Part shown: piece after piece, positions 8,708 to 18,059 of the stretch | Layout of the letters: each line of letters begins with the position of its first letter | How positions within the stretch are numbered: the stretch's first letter is position 1 | Origin: Nitrososphaeria archaeon | GTDB lineage: Archaea > Thermoproteota > Nitrososphaeria > Geothermarchaeales > JDFR-13 | Direction: 5' to 3' | DNA length: 64,000 nt | Assembly (NCBI GenBank): GCA_027078545.1 | Contig: JALWXN010000004.1 | Location: 224,001-288,000 of the forward strand | Made by a program: the position numbers and the translations under genes | Notes under the pieces: model-generated | The model's input: only the letters and a program-made list of their open reading frames with translations | The model's database searches: none | What the model was told of the DNA's origin: nothing

Positions 8708-9218
8708 GGTGCCTAGGGATGAGAGGGCATCCACCCACCTAGCCCTGGCGGCACGGGCCCTTGGCGCTGAGGAGCTGATATACTCTGGGGATAGGGATCC
8801 GGAGCTGGAGGCTAAGATCAGGGATGTGGTTGAGAGGTGGGGCGGGGGCTTCAGAATAACATATACCGATAGACCCCTGGAGATCCTTAGGAGATATTCG
8901 GGACAGGGCTATGCCACGGTCCACCTCACGATGTATGGAGTGGGTATAAACGACGTGATGGACTCTATACTCCGGAGGGAGAAGGTACTGGTCATTGTGG
9001 GTGGTGAGAAGGTGCCCCGGATATATTTCGAGGAGGCGGATTATAACGTCGCTGTGGGGTGGCAGCCCCATTCAGAGATAGCCGCCCTAGCAATCTTCCT
9101 AGACCGCTACTTCCAGGGGTGGGAGGTGGATACCGTGGATCCACATCCCCCCACCATCATCCCGATGAAGAGGGGTAAGCTGGTCATAAGGCCTGAGCCG
9201 GGAGGCTCTGATACATAG
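8673..9218 (+). CDS. trm56: tRNA (cytidine(56)-2'-O)-methyltransferase Trm56 (SPOUT)
   Basis: LRLGHRVPRDER..TH, VHLTMYG, VGGEKVP and QPHSEIAALAIFLDR. Start moved to ATG 8673. Confidence 0.93.
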   Translation: MRRASVLRLGHRVPRDERASTHLALAARALGAEELIYSGDRDPELEAKIRDVVERWGGGFRITYTDRPLEILRRYSGQGYATVHLTMYGVGINDVMDSILRREKVLVIVGGEKVPRIYFEEADYNVAVGWQPHSEIAALAIFLDRYFQGWEVDTVDPHPPTIIPMKRGKLVIRPEPGGSDT

Positions 9219-9266
9219 GCACTATTTAATCAATCATGGCCGCCTGATGATTATTGGGTGGAGTAG

Positions 9267-9815
9267 GTGGAGGAGTGGAACGATAAGAACTCGGCTGTAT
9301 ACGTCTATAAGAAGATTGTAGAGGCGTATAAGGGCCCCCTCGCTGGGAAGATAATCGAGGTCTTGGCTGAGCATGGAGAGCTCACGGAGGATGAGCTGGC
9401 TGAGAAGGTGGGGGCTGACGAGGCCGAGGTTAGGAGGGTTATATGGGTCCTCGCCAGTGAGGGCCTCATAGTTTCGAAGAAGGTTGTCAACGAGACTGGA
9501 TGGATCACCTTCTACTGGCAGCTCCCACTAGACCAGGTGGACGGCCTTGTACTAGGCCTATATAGACATATTATCGATAGGCTGGAGGAGAAGCTCCGGT
9601 ATGAGACGGAGAACATCTTCTACTGGTGTATGGATCCTAACCATAGTAGGCTGACCTTCTCCGAGGCTACTGAGAACATGTTTAGATGCCCCGTCTGTGG
9701 GAAGACTCTGATGCCCTATGACAATAGCGAGTTAATAGCCGCGATCAAGTACTGTATCTCCGAGATGAGGAAGATTATGAAGGACTATTTCGTGGAGGAG
9801 AAGGCTGAGGAGTAG
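9267..9815 (+). CDS. tfe: Transcription factor E (TFIIE-alpha-like)
   Basis: wHTH (LTEDELAE..G), TGWITFYW, LEEKLRYE and Zn ribbon ending FRCPVCG. Confidence 0.92.
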   Translation: MEEWNDKNSAVYVYKKIVEAYKGPLAGKIIEVLAEHGELTEDELAEKVGADEAEVRRVIWVLASEGLIVSKKVVNETGWITFYWQLPLDQVDGLVLGLYRHIIDRLEEKLRYETENIFYWCMDPNHSRLTFSEATENMFRCPVCGKTLMPYDNSELIAAIKYCISEMRKIMKDYFVEEKAEE

Positions 9816-9923
9816 GTCCCAACGTCTCTCCACCCCTGTATATAGCTCCAGACCCTGGATAATCCTCCTCTGTTCCTTTATTTAGACCTCTCAAAATAGA
9901 TAATATGAGGTGTCGAGGGGGAA

Positions 9924-10391
9924 ATGCCTACATGGGGATATAGTTTCAGGATACCGGAGGAGGAGAAGGAGAAATATGTGAAGGCTAGTTTAAGGGAGGT
10001 CTCCATATCGCCTAAACACGCCGTGGAGATCGCCCGGGAGATTAGGGGTATGTATCTAGAGGAGGCTAGGCGTTTCCTAGAGGATGTCGTTGCGATGAGG
10101 AGGCCGGTGGCCTTCAAGAGATATAAGAAGAAGGTTCCCCATAGGAGGGGGCTTAACAAGTGGTATGCTGGTAGATACCCTGTTAAGGCGGCGAAGTACT
10201 TCCTGAGGCTCCTAGACAACCTAGCTAACAACGCTGAGAATAACGATCTAGATATTGAGAGGCTGAAGATAGTCCACTGCGCAGCCCATAGGGGTAGGAA
10301 GATTAGGAAGTATATTCCCCGTGCATTTGGCCGCTCCTCCCCATACTTCGATAAGCTCGTCCATGTGGAGATTGTAGCTAAGGAGGTGTAG
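9924..10391 (+). CDS. rpl22: Ribosomal protein uL22
   Basis: ISPKHAVEIAREIRGM, GRYPVKAA and PRAFGRSSP. Confidence 0.97.
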   Translation: MPTWGYSFRIPEEEKEKYVKASLREVSISPKHAVEIAREIRGMYLEEARRFLEDVVAMRRPVAFKRYKKKVPHRRGLNKWYAGRYPVKAAKYFLRLLDNLANNAENNDLDIERLKIVHCAAHRGRKIRKYIPRAFGRSSPYFDKLVHVEIVAKEV

Positions 10392-10395
10392 ACTG

Positions 10396-11052
10396 GTGGC
10401 GATGGAGAAGAGTATGGATAGTATTAAGCAGATACTGAGTAGGAATAGGAAGGCCATGCTCCTGGACGAGTGGCTGGCTAAGGAGCTGGTCAACGCTGGG
10501 TATTCACGGGTATCCGTCGTGGCATCGCCTAAGGAGGGGCTGGGCACTAAGATCACGATCTATGCTGCCAGGCCTAGCCTGGTGATAGGGCGTAGGGGTA
10601 GCAGGGTGAGGGAGCTTGTTAAGAAGATCGAGGAGGTCTTCGGCTATAAGAATGTAAACATTACTGTTCAGGAGGTGGAGGAGCCGGAGCTCGACCCTAG
10701 GATAATGGCCTGGCAGATAGAGAGGCAGCTGACTAGGGGTGTCCGATACAGAAGAGTAGGGATCTGGGCTATCAACGTCATCAAGAATGCTGGTGCATAT
10801 GCGGCGGAGATCGTCATATCCGGTAAGCTCAGGACTGTCAGGGCAGCCTATCAGAAGTTTAAGTCTGGGGATATTCTGAAGAGTGGGGAGCTGGCCGAGA
10901 GGCTTGTGGAGACGGCTAAGAGGCCGGTCCTAACCAAATATGGTATAATCGGTGTCAAGGTATCAATTATGAGGCAGTCCTTGAAGGATTATCTCGAGTC
11001 TCTAGAGGGTGGTGGTGATGAAGAGTCTGGAGGAGTTGAGGGAGAAGAGTAA
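10396..11052 (+). CDS. rps3: Ribosomal protein uS3
   Basis: KH domain RPSLVIGRRG, EIVISGKL and YGIIGVKV. Confidence 0.96.
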   Translation: MAMEKSMDSIKQILSRNRKAMLLDEWLAKELVNAGYSRVSVVASPKEGLGTKITIYAARPSLVIGRRGSRVRELVKKIEEVFGYKNVNITVQEVEEPELDPRIMAWQIERQLTRGVRYRRVGIWAINVIKNAGAYAAEIVISGKLRTVRAAYQKFKSGDILKSGELAERLVETAKRPVLTKYGIIGVKVSIMRQSLKDYLESLEGGGDEESGGVEGEE

Positions 11053-11218
11053 CGAGGAGTTGATAGAGATCCTGCTTGAGCTGGAGGAGGAGCTCTTCAG
11101 GATCAGGAGGGTTATAGCCTCCGGTGGACAGGTGGAGAAGCCCGGAAGGGTTAAGCATATCCGTCGGCAGAGGGCTAGGATACTAACTATTCTTAGGGAG
11201 AGGGGTGTAAAGCTATGA
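11018..11218 (+). CDS. rpl29: Ribosomal protein uL29
   Basis: ELREKS.EEL...PGRVKHIRRQRARILT; position in operon. Confidence 0.93.
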   Translation: MKSLEELREKSNEELIEILLELEEELFRIRRVIASGGQVEKPGRVKHIRRQRARILTILRERGVKL

Positions 11219-11469
11219 AGACGCTGTATGAGAAGACGCTTACAGGTAGGGAGGTCGAGATAATATCGTCCCCGGATAGGGGGCTGGTAGGGCTGAGAGG
11301 GATGGTCCTGCTTGAGCAGGAGAACATGCTCCATATCAGGGTTGGGAGTAGGGTTGTGAGGATTCCTAAGAAGGATCTAGTTCTAAAGGTTTATGAGGAT
11401 AGTTCGTATAGAATCTTGTCGTATCCAGAGTTTGAGGGTAGCTATATAAGGAGGTTGAAGAGGCTATGA
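11215..11469 (+). CDS. rnp1: RNase P protein subunit Rpp29 (Rnp1)
   Basis: LTGREVEIISSPD..LVGLRG.V..E..NML...IPK; conserved position between uL29 and uS17. Confidence 0.88.
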   Translation: MKTLYEKTLTGREVEIISSPDRGLVGLRGMVLLEQENMLHIRVGSRVVRIPKKDLVLKVYEDSSYRILSYPEFEGSYIRRLKRL

Positions 11470-11810
11470 AGGCTGGTAGTAAGGTTCGAGACCCGGGTCT
11501 GGGCTTCCCCCTGCCTAAGAAGACGTGTAACGATCCGAACTGTCCATATCATGGGACGCTTAAGGTCAGGGGTATACTCCTGGAGGGTAGGGTAGTCAGT
11601 GCTAAGATGAATAAGGCGGCCGTCATTATGCGTGAATATCTCCACTATGTGAAGAAGTATAGGAGGTATGAGCGTAGGAGGAGTAGGATCACGGTATATG
11701 TCCCCCCATGTATAGATGTCTTCGAGGGGGATGAGGTGGTCGCTGGGGAGTGTAGACCGATAAGTAAAACTATATCTTTTGTCGTGGTGTATAACAAGAG
11801 CCGAGGGTGA
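11466..11810 (+). CDS. rps17: Ribosomal protein uS17
   Basis: CNDPNCPYHG, KKYRRYERRRS and ECRPISKT. Confidence 0.97.
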   Translation: MKAGSKVRDPGLGFPLPKKTCNDPNCPYHGTLKVRGILLEGRVVSAKMNKAAVIMREYLHYVKKYRRYERRRSRITVYVPPCIDVFEGDEVVAGECRPISKTISFVVVYNKSRG

Positions 11811-11815
11811 TCGTG

Positions 11816-12235
11816 ATGGGGAGGATACTCTATGGTGTATTGGTTAAGAGGCAGAGGATAACAAGGGCTGTCCCTGTGGGCAGCATAGTCAACTGTGCAG
11901 ACAATAGTGGTGCCAAGAAGCTTAAGGTTATCCAGGTGGTTGGGTATAAGGGTAGGCTGAAGAAGAGGCCAGCCGCCTGTGTGGGGGATCATATCAAGGT
12001 TAGCGTGTATCAGGGCCCCTATAGGCTGAGGAAGCAGGTTCTAGACGCTGTTCTGGTTAGGCAGAAGTTCCCGATTAGGAGGCCTGACGGTACTAGGGTT
12101 ATGTTTGAGGATAATGCTGCGGTATTGATAACGCCTGAGGGTAATCCGATGGGGACTGAGATAAAAGGTCCGATAGCGAAGGAGGCCGCGGATCTCTGGT
12201 CCCGTATAGCTAGTATGGCTACTATCATCGTTTGA
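11816..12235 (+). CDS. rpl14: Ribosomal protein uL14
   Basis: CADNSGAK, FEDNAAV and GTEIKGPIAKEA. Confidence 0.97.
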   Translation: MGRILYGVLVKRQRITRAVPVGSIVNCADNSGAKKLKVIQVVGYKGRLKKRPAACVGDHIKVSVYQGPYRLRKQVLDAVLVRQKFPIRRPDGTRVMFEDNAAVLITPEGNPMGTEIKGPIAKEAADLWSRIASMATIIV

Positions 12236-12246
12236 CGGTGGGGTGT

Positions 12247-12621
12247 ATGGCTAGTAAACAGTATAGTAAGAAGCCTTCTAAGCAGAGGAAGCGGTTCTTC
12301 AACGCGCCTAACCATAGGAGGGCCAAGATAATGTCTGTCCACCTATCCCCAGAGCTTAGGGAGAAGTATGGCCGCCGCTCCTTCCCGGTGAGGGTCGGCG
12401 ACACCGTGAGGATAATGAGGGGTGACCATAAAGGTGTGGAGGGCAAGGTGATCAGGGTTGATAGGAAGAAGTATAGGGTTTATATCGAGAACGTGTATAG
12501 GGAGAATAGCCGTGGTGAGAGGGTGAACATCCCTATCCACTACTCCAACGTGATGCTTGTGGATATTGATCTATCTGATGAGTGGAGGCGTAGGAAGCTG
12601 GAGGGTGGTGAAGGTGGCTAG
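12247..12621 (+). CDS. rpl24: Ribosomal protein uL24
   Basis: SKQRK, LSPELREKYG, KOW GDTVRIMRG and PIHYSNV. Confidence 0.96.
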   Translation: MASKQYSKKPSKQRKRFFNAPNHRRAKIMSVHLSPELREKYGRRSFPVRVGDTVRIMRGDHKGVEGKVIRVDRKKYRVYIENVYRENSRGERVNIPIHYSNVMLVDIDLSDEWRRRKLEGGEGG

Positions 12622-13348
12622 GAAGGGTGGTAGGAGGGCTCTCAAGAGGCTGGCAGCCCCTATTACATATAGGGTTCCCAGGAAGACTGGTAAGTGGGTT
12701 GTTAAGGCGTCTCCCGGCCCTCATCCGGCGGATAAGTCTATCCCCTTGGCTATACTCCTCAGGGATGTCCTAGGCATAGCTAAGAACCTACGTGAGGTCC
12801 GGTATATACTTAGGAAGGGATATGTAAAGGTTGATGGCCGCCCCATAGCGGATTATAGGTGGCCAGTAGGCCTGATGGATGTTATAGAGCTGACACCTGT
12901 CAATAGGTTCTATAGGATCCTACCGGCGAAGAAGTATTTGATTCAGCCGGTGGAGATTGGGGCTGAGGAGTCGTCTATAAAGCCTCTCAGGATAAAGGTA
13001 AAGACGATGGTTAAGGGTGGTAAGATACAGCTCACGATGCATGATGGGAGGAACTTCCTTGTGGAGCCTGATACCGACCTGGCTAAGCTGAAGCCTGGGG
13101 ACTCCATCATATATGACCTTGTGAAGAGGGAGGTTTTGGAGACTCTCCCACTCTCAGAGGGCTATCTAGGACTTGTTACTGGTGGTAGTAAGATAGGGGT
13201 TGTCGGTGAGATCAAGGGTATTAGGAAGCCAGACCCGTTGAAGCCTAGGCTTGTGAAGCTGGCTACAGATCTGTATGGAGAGTTTGAGACTGTCTTTGAC
13301 TATGTCTTCGTGGTTGGTAGGGATAAGCCATACATCAGTATTCCGTGA
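12614..13348 (+). CDS. rps4e: Ribosomal protein eS4
   Basis: LKRLAAP, PGPH, PVGLMDVI and HDGRN. GTG start at 12614. Confidence 0.96.
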   Translation: MARKGGRRALKRLAAPITYRVPRKTGKWVVKASPGPHPADKSIPLAILLRDVLGIAKNLREVRYILRKGYVKVDGRPIADYRWPVGLMDVIELTPVNRFYRILPAKKYLIQPVEIGAEESSIKPLRIKVKTMVKGGKIQLTMHDGRNFLVEPDTDLAKLKPGDSIIYDLVKREVLETLPLSEGYLGLVTGGSKIGVVGEIKGIRKPDPLKPRLVKLATDLYGEFETVFDYVFVVGRDKPYISIP

Positions 13349-13359
13349 GGTGGTTTGGG

Positions 13360-13899
13360 ATGTCCGTGGAGGGTAGTGTGGAGAAGAAGAGAAATGTGAT
13401 GGAGGAGGTACGTGTGGAGAAGGTTGTTGTGCATATCTCTGTAGGTGGTGACTGGGAGCGTCTCCAGAAGGCTGTCAAGCTCCTCGAGACCCTGACTGGT
13501 AGGAAGCCCGTTGTTAGGAGGGCTAAGAAGACTATTAAGGCATTTGGGATTAGTAGGAAGCAGCCTATATCGACCATGGTTACCCTGAGGGGTGAGGAGG
13601 CGGAGGAGTTTCTGAAGAGGGCTTTGGAGGCTGTCGATAATAAGATCAAGGCATCGTCCTTCGACGGGATGGGTAATGTGGCCTTCGGGATAAAGGAGCA
13701 TCTGATGCTTCCAGGCGTAAAGTATGATCCGGAGATTGGGGTATTCGGTATGGATGTGATTGTCCACCTAGTCAAGCCGGGCTATAGGGTTAAGCTTAGG
13801 AGGTATAGGCGGTCAAGGCTGGGTAAGAGGAACATAGTTACTAAGGAGGAGGCCATAGAATTTATGCGTAGCCGGTTCGGAGTGGAGGTGGTTGAGTGA
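13360..13899 (+). CDS. rpl5: Ribosomal protein uL5
   Basis: [21 protein letters not shown] and [12 protein letters not shown]. Confidence 0.97.
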   Translation: MSVEGSVEKKRNVMEEVRVEKVVVHISVGGDWERLQKAVKLLETLTGRKPVVRRAKKTIKAFGISRKQPISTMVTLRGEEAEEFLKRALEAVDNKIKASSFDGMGNVAFGIKEHLMLPGVKYDPEIGVFGMDVIVHLVKPGYRVKLRRYRRSRLGKRNIVTKEEAIEFMRSRFGVEVVE

Positions 13900-14057
13900 T
13901 GGGGATTAAACATGTGGAGAGGAGGTATGGAAAGGGTAGTAGGAGATGTATAAGATGTGGGACCCATGTAGCGGTTATCCAGAAGTATAAATTGATGCTG
14001 TGTCGGAGATGTTTTAGGGAGGTTGCATACGAACTCGGCTTTAAGAAGTATATGTAG
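13899..14057 (+). CDS. rps14: Ribosomal protein uS14 (Zn-binding type); below the ORF-track cutoff
   Basis: Translated by hand: [57 protein letters not shown] overlap with the uL5 stop codon. Confidence 0.96.
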   Translation: MGIKHVERRYGKGSRRCIRCGTHVAVIQKYKLMLCRRCFREVAYELGFKKYM

Positions 14058-14069
14058 GGTGGTGCCGAG

Positions 14070-14462
14070 ATGGTGCAGCTAGACATCATTAGTAATATGA
14101 TGTCGGCGATCAAGAATGCGGAGGCTGTTAGGAAGAAGGAGGTAGTTATATATCCAGCCTCCAAGTTCGCCCTCGAGATTCTTAAGCTGCTCAAGAGGGA
14201 GGGGTATATAGAGGATTTCCAGCTGATTGAGGATGGCCGTGGAAACAAGATCCGAATACTCCTGAACGGCTATATCAACGACTGTAAGGCGATCAAGCCG
14301 CGTTTCCCCGTAAGTAAGGATGAGATTCCTGAATATGTGAAGCAGTTCCTCCCGTCGAGGGATATAGGGATACTTATAATCTCAACCCCACAGGGTGTGA
14401 TGACTCATAACGAGTGTCTGGAGAAGGGTATTGGTGGAGTGTTGGTGGCATATGTATACTGA
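14070..14462 (+). CDS. rps8: Ribosomal protein uS8
   Basis: IKNAE, AIKPRF, STPQGVMTH and GGVLVAYVY. Confidence 0.97.
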   Translation: MVQLDIISNMMSAIKNAEAVRKKEVVIYPASKFALEILKLLKREGYIEDFQLIEDGRGNKIRILLNGYINDCKAIKPRFPVSKDEIPEYVKQFLPSRDIGILIISTPQGVMTHNECLEKGIGGVLVAYVY

Positions 14463-14475
14463 GGAGGTGGCTGGG

Positions 14476-15036
14476 ATGGCGGAGAAGATACATAGGGATT
14501 ATATAGAGATACCCGAGGGGATTGAGGTAGAGGTTGTGGGGGGTAAGAAGGTCGTTGTACGTGGGCCGAAGGGAAGTATTGAGAAGGACTTCTCTAAGAC
14601 ACCTGCATACCTAGGCCTCGAGAATGGTAAGGTTGTTGTGGAGGTTAGGTGGAAGGGGAAGAGGGGATTCGCCCTGCTAAACACGATTCTGAGCCATCTC
14701 AAGAACATGTTTACAGGGGTGACTAAGGGCTATGTCTATAAGCTGAAGGCCTACTACATCCACTTCCCGATAGATGTCTACGTCGATGGTGATTATGTGG
14801 TTATCAAGAACTTCGTGGGTGAGAGGGGTCTTAGAAAGGCTAGGATACTCCCGGGTGTCAAGGTGGAGGTCGTCAAGAAGGGCGGGGATATAGACCTGAT
14901 AGTCACCGGGATTGATAAGGAGGCTGTTGGGCAGACGGCCGCCAATATAATGCAGGCCACGAAGATTAAGAATAAGGATCCCCGTGTATTCTTGGACGGG
15001 ATATATCTATATGAGAAGGGTGTCGGCGATGGTTAG
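14476..15036 (+). CDS. rpl6: Ribosomal protein uL6
   Basis: VRGPKG, YIHFPI, VGQTAANI and KDPRVFLDGIY. Confidence 0.97.
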   Translation: MAEKIHRDYIEIPEGIEVEVVGGKKVVVRGPKGSIEKDFSKTPAYLGLENGKVVVEVRWKGKRGFALLNTILSHLKNMFTGVTKGYVYKLKAYYIHFPIDVYVDGDYVVIKNFVGERGLRKARILPGVKVEVVKKGGDIDLIVTGIDKEAVGQTAANIMQATKIKNKDPRVFLDGIYLYEKGVGDG

Positions 15037-15433
15037 GAAGAGGCCCAGACTTACGGAGGAGGAGAGGAGGCTTCTCGAGCTTAGGAATGAGATGAATAGG
15101 TCGAGGCCTGAGTTTATAAGGCAGGAGAGCTGGCGATATGTCCGTGTGAAGGAGAGTTGGCGTAGGCCACGTGGTATAGATAGTAAGATGCGTCTCAAGA
15201 AGAAGGGTAAGCCGCCCCTAGTCTCGATAGGCTATAGGGGGCCTAGGCTTGTGAGGGGGCGCCACCCAACAGGTTTTGAGGAGGTATTGGTGTATAACCC
15301 GGATGACCTGGATAAGGTGGATCCTGAGAGGCAGGCCGTCAGGATAGCCGGCTCTGTAGGTAGGAAGAAGAGGATGGAAATAATAGCCAAGGCAGACTCA
15401 CTAGGTATTGTGGTTCTGAATAGGAGGTTGTAG
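15029..15433 (+). CDS. rpl32e: Ribosomal protein eL32
   Basis: RPEFIRQESWRY, WRRPRGIDSKMR and RGRHPTG. Confidence 0.97.
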   Translation: MVRKRPRLTEEERRLLELRNEMNRSRPEFIRQESWRYVRVKESWRRPRGIDSKMRLKKKGKPPLVSIGYRGPRLVRGRHPTGFEEVLVYNPDDLDKVDPERQAVRIAGSVGRKKRMEIIAKADSLGIVVLNRRL

Positions 15434-15437
15434 GGCC

Positions 15438-15869
15438 ATGCCTAACCTGAGGAGTAAGAGGGAGCTTATAGCTAGGTATCTAGGCGTGGGTGTGGATAGG
15501 GTATGGATAGACCCTGAGAATGCGGAGGAGGTTCTCGACATCGATACTAGGGAGGATGTGAGGATACTGCTGAGGAGGGGTATTGTAAAGGTTAAGCCGG
15601 TGAAGGGGCAGAAGCATGTGGTGGAGAAGAAGAAGCGTGGATATGGTAGTAAGAAGGGTAAGAAGACTGCTAGGGCTCCTAGGAAGAGGCTCTGGATCGA
15701 GAGGGTCCGTGCTCAGAGGAAGCTGCTTAGATACCTTAGGGATAAGGGGTTGATAACTAGGAGGGAGTACCGCACACTGTATATGCGTGTGAAGGGTGGT
15801 ATGTTTAGGAGTAAGGTCCACCTCCTAGAGTATATTAAGGAGCATATCTGGAGGGTTAGGGGTGAGTAG
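15438..15869 (+). CDS. rpl19e: Ribosomal protein eL19
   Basis: GVGVDRVWIDP, GSKKGKKTAR and YRTLYMRVKGGMF. Confidence 0.97.
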   Translation: MPNLRSKRELIARYLGVGVDRVWIDPENAEEVLDIDTREDVRILLRRGIVKVKPVKGQKHVVEKKKRGYGSKKGKKTARAPRKRLWIERVRAQRKLLRYLRDKGLITRREYRTLYMRVKGGMFRSKVHLLEYIKEHIWRVRGE

Positions 15870-15871
15870 GT

Positions 15872-16483
15872 ATGCCGGGTGCTAAGGGGCCTAACTACGT
15901 GGTTAAGTTTAGGCGTTTGAGGGAGAGGAGGACCAACTATAGGCTTAGATATAAGCTCCTGAAGAGTGGGCTTCCCTTCTTCATTGTTAGGCGTAGCCTT
16001 AGATATGTATATGTATCGATAGCCGAGCCCGCGATAGGTGGGGATAAGACCCTCTTAACGGTCTCCTCCAAGATACTGCGTAGATATGGCTTCCCAGCCC
16101 TGAAGAATACATCAGCAGCATATCTGACGGGCTATATAGCTGGGAGGATGGCTCTCCAGAAGGGTGTTGAGAAGGCTATTGTGAACCTGGGCTATGCATG
16201 GACGAAGAGGGCCTCCATACCCTTCGCCGCAGCTATGGGGGCTATTGATGCTGGTCTGGAGATCCCTCTTGGTGAGGAGAAGGAGGTGGACTGGTCTAGG
16301 ATTAGGGGTGAGCATATAGCTAGCTATGCTGAGAGGCTTAGGGAGGAGGATGAGGAGCTGTATAAGAAGAGGTTCTCGAAATATTTGGAGCAGGGCGTTA
16401 AGCCTGAGGATCTACCAAAAATATTTGACGAGGTGTTGGAGAAGATTAAGATGGAGTATGGGGGTGTAGAGGATGGCGAATAG
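15872..16483 (+). CDS. rpl18: Ribosomal protein uL18
   Basis: KFRRLRERRTNY, NTSAAYLTG and RIRGEHIASYA. Confidence 0.96.
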   Translation: MPGAKGPNYVVKFRRLRERRTNYRLRYKLLKSGLPFFIVRRSLRYVYVSIAEPAIGGDKTLLTVSSKILRRYGFPALKNTSAAYLTGYIAGRMALQKGVEKAIVNLGYAWTKRASIPFAAAMGAIDAGLEIPLGEEKEVDWSRIRGEHIASYAERLREEDEELYKKRFSKYLEQGVKPEDLPKIFDEVLEKIKMEYGGVEDGE

Positions 16484-17117
16484 GGTTGAGCCGCCTAATC
16501 TAGAGGAGTGGGAGCCTAAGACGAAGCTTGGGCAGATGGTAAAGTCTCAGATGATCTATTCATACGACTATATCCTGAAGAATGGCTATGTGGTGAAGGA
16601 GCCGGAGATTGTTAAGCTACTGGTCCCTAACCTGGAGTATGAGGTCTTGGAGGTTAGGCTTGTCCAGAAGATGACTGACTCGGGTAGGAGGACGAAGTTC
16701 AGGGCTCTGGTAGTGGTGGGTAATAGGGATGGCCTTATAGGTGCTGGTGTGGGTAAGGCTCGTGAGGTTCCGGAGGCTATTAACAAGGCGTTGAATAACG
16801 CCCTCCTCAACCTGGTCCCGGTTAAGCGTGGATGTGGCAGCTGGGAGTGTGGATGTGGCACCAACCATTCACTGGCCCATGCCTCCAAGGGTAGCTGGGG
16901 TAGTGTGGAGGTCACGCTTAGGCCTGGACCTAGGGGGCTAGGAATAGTTGCTGGTGAGACTGCGAAGAAGGTTATCCAGCTTGCTGGTGTGGAGGATGTA
17001 TGGGCGATTGCCTTTGGGGAGACTAGGACGCCTATATCATTCGCGATGGCTACCTATGACGCCCTGAGGAATACGTATAAGACTGTTTACCTACCTAGGA
17101 AGAAGGAGGTTGAGTAG
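16473..17117 (+). CDS. rps5: Ribosomal protein uS5
   Basis: WEPKTKLG, VQKMTDSGRR, RGCGSWECGC and PRGLG. Confidence 0.97.
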   Translation: MANRVEPPNLEEWEPKTKLGQMVKSQMIYSYDYILKNGYVVKEPEIVKLLVPNLEYEVLEVRLVQKMTDSGRRTKFRALVVVGNRDGLIGAGVGKAREVPEAINKALNNALLNLVPVKRGCGSWECGCGTNHSLAHASKGSWGSVEVTLRPGPRGLGIVAGETAKKVIQLAGVEDVWAIAFGETRTPISFAMATYDALRNTYKTVYLPRKKEVE

Positions 17118-17120
17118 CCC

Positions 17121-17585
17121 ATGCCCTCTCTACTAGTGATTAGGATTAGGGGCCAGCCTGATGTGAGGTATGACATTAAGGAGACCCTTAGGAGGTTTAG
17201 GCTGTTTAAGAAGTTCCACGCAACGATTGTCAGGGACACTCCTGAGATCCTAGGGATGTTGAAGAAGGTTGAGAACTATGTTGCATATGGCCCGGTCTCT
17301 CCGGAGGTTATTAAGGAGCTCCTGCTTAAGAGGGGGCGGCTAATAGGGAATAAGCCGTTGACAGAGGAATATGTGAGGGAGAAGCTGGGGATGAGTATTG
17401 ACGAGTTGGCTGAGAAGATCTATAATGGGGAGCTTAGCCTGAAGGATATCCCTGGCCTGAAGCCGGTCTTCCGTCTACACCCACCCCGGGGAGGCTTCAA
17501 AAGGTCTACCAAGCTCCATGTCAAGATGGGTGGGGAGCTGGGTAGGAGGGACGATATAGAGAAGCTTGTCGTCAGGATGGTCTGA
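17121..17585 (+). CDS. rpl30: Ribosomal protein uL30
   Basis: VIRIRG, KPVFRLHPPRGG and GGELG. Confidence 0.96.
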   Translation: MPSLLVIRIRGQPDVRYDIKETLRRFRLFKKFHATIVRDTPEILGMLKKVENYVAYGPVSPEVIKELLLKRGRLIGNKPLTEEYVREKLGMSIDELAEKIYNGELSLKDIPGLKPVFRLHPPRGGFKRSTKLHVKMGGELGRRDDIEKLVVRMV

Positions 17586-17648
17586 ATCGAATTTATTTAC
17601 CTACTCAGCTCTTTAGGAAATTATAAATAATTAGATGGGTGAGTCGGG

Positions 17649-18059
17649 ATGCCCCATAGGCTTAGGAAGACTAGGTGGAGGCGTGGTAGTAGGACGCATG
17701 GTTATGGCCGTGTAGGCCAGCATAGGAAGTCCGGCGATAGGGGTGGTTATGGCCTAGCCGGGCTCCGGAAGCATAAAAGATTCTATATGATGAAGTATAT
17801 GCCTGACCACTTCGGTAAGCATGGCTTCGTATCCAGGTTCCCTAGGAAGAGGTCTATCTCCGTCTCTGATCTCGAGAGGTTTATAGACATGGGTATGGAG
17901 GAGGTGGATCTCACGAAGCTGGGTTTTGACAAGCTGGTCAGTAAGGGGAGAATATCTAAGCCTATCAAGGTTATTGTTAAGGAGGCTACGGAGAGGGCTA
18001 TCGAGAAGGTTAGGGAGGCTGGTGGAGAGGTTGTGCTCAGCGGGGCGGAGGCCGATTGA
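17649..18059 (+). CDS. rpl15: Ribosomal protein uL15
   Basis: RGSRTHGYGRVGQHRKSG, FGKHGF and AIEKVREAGG. Confidence 0.97.
   Translation: MPHRLRKTRWRRGSRTHGYGRVGQHRKSGDRGGYGLAGLRKHKRFYMMKYMPDHFGKHGFVSRFPRKRSISVSDLERFIDMGMEEVDLTKLGFDKLVSKGRISKPIKVIVKEATERAIEKVREAGGEVVLSGAEAD

Noticed and set aside
9886-9911. ACCTC/GAGGT hairpin upstream of uL22 as an autoregulatory leader
   Set aside because: Only 5 bp, and the TATA-like TTTATTTA at 9877-9884 would place the 5' arm upstream of the transcription start.
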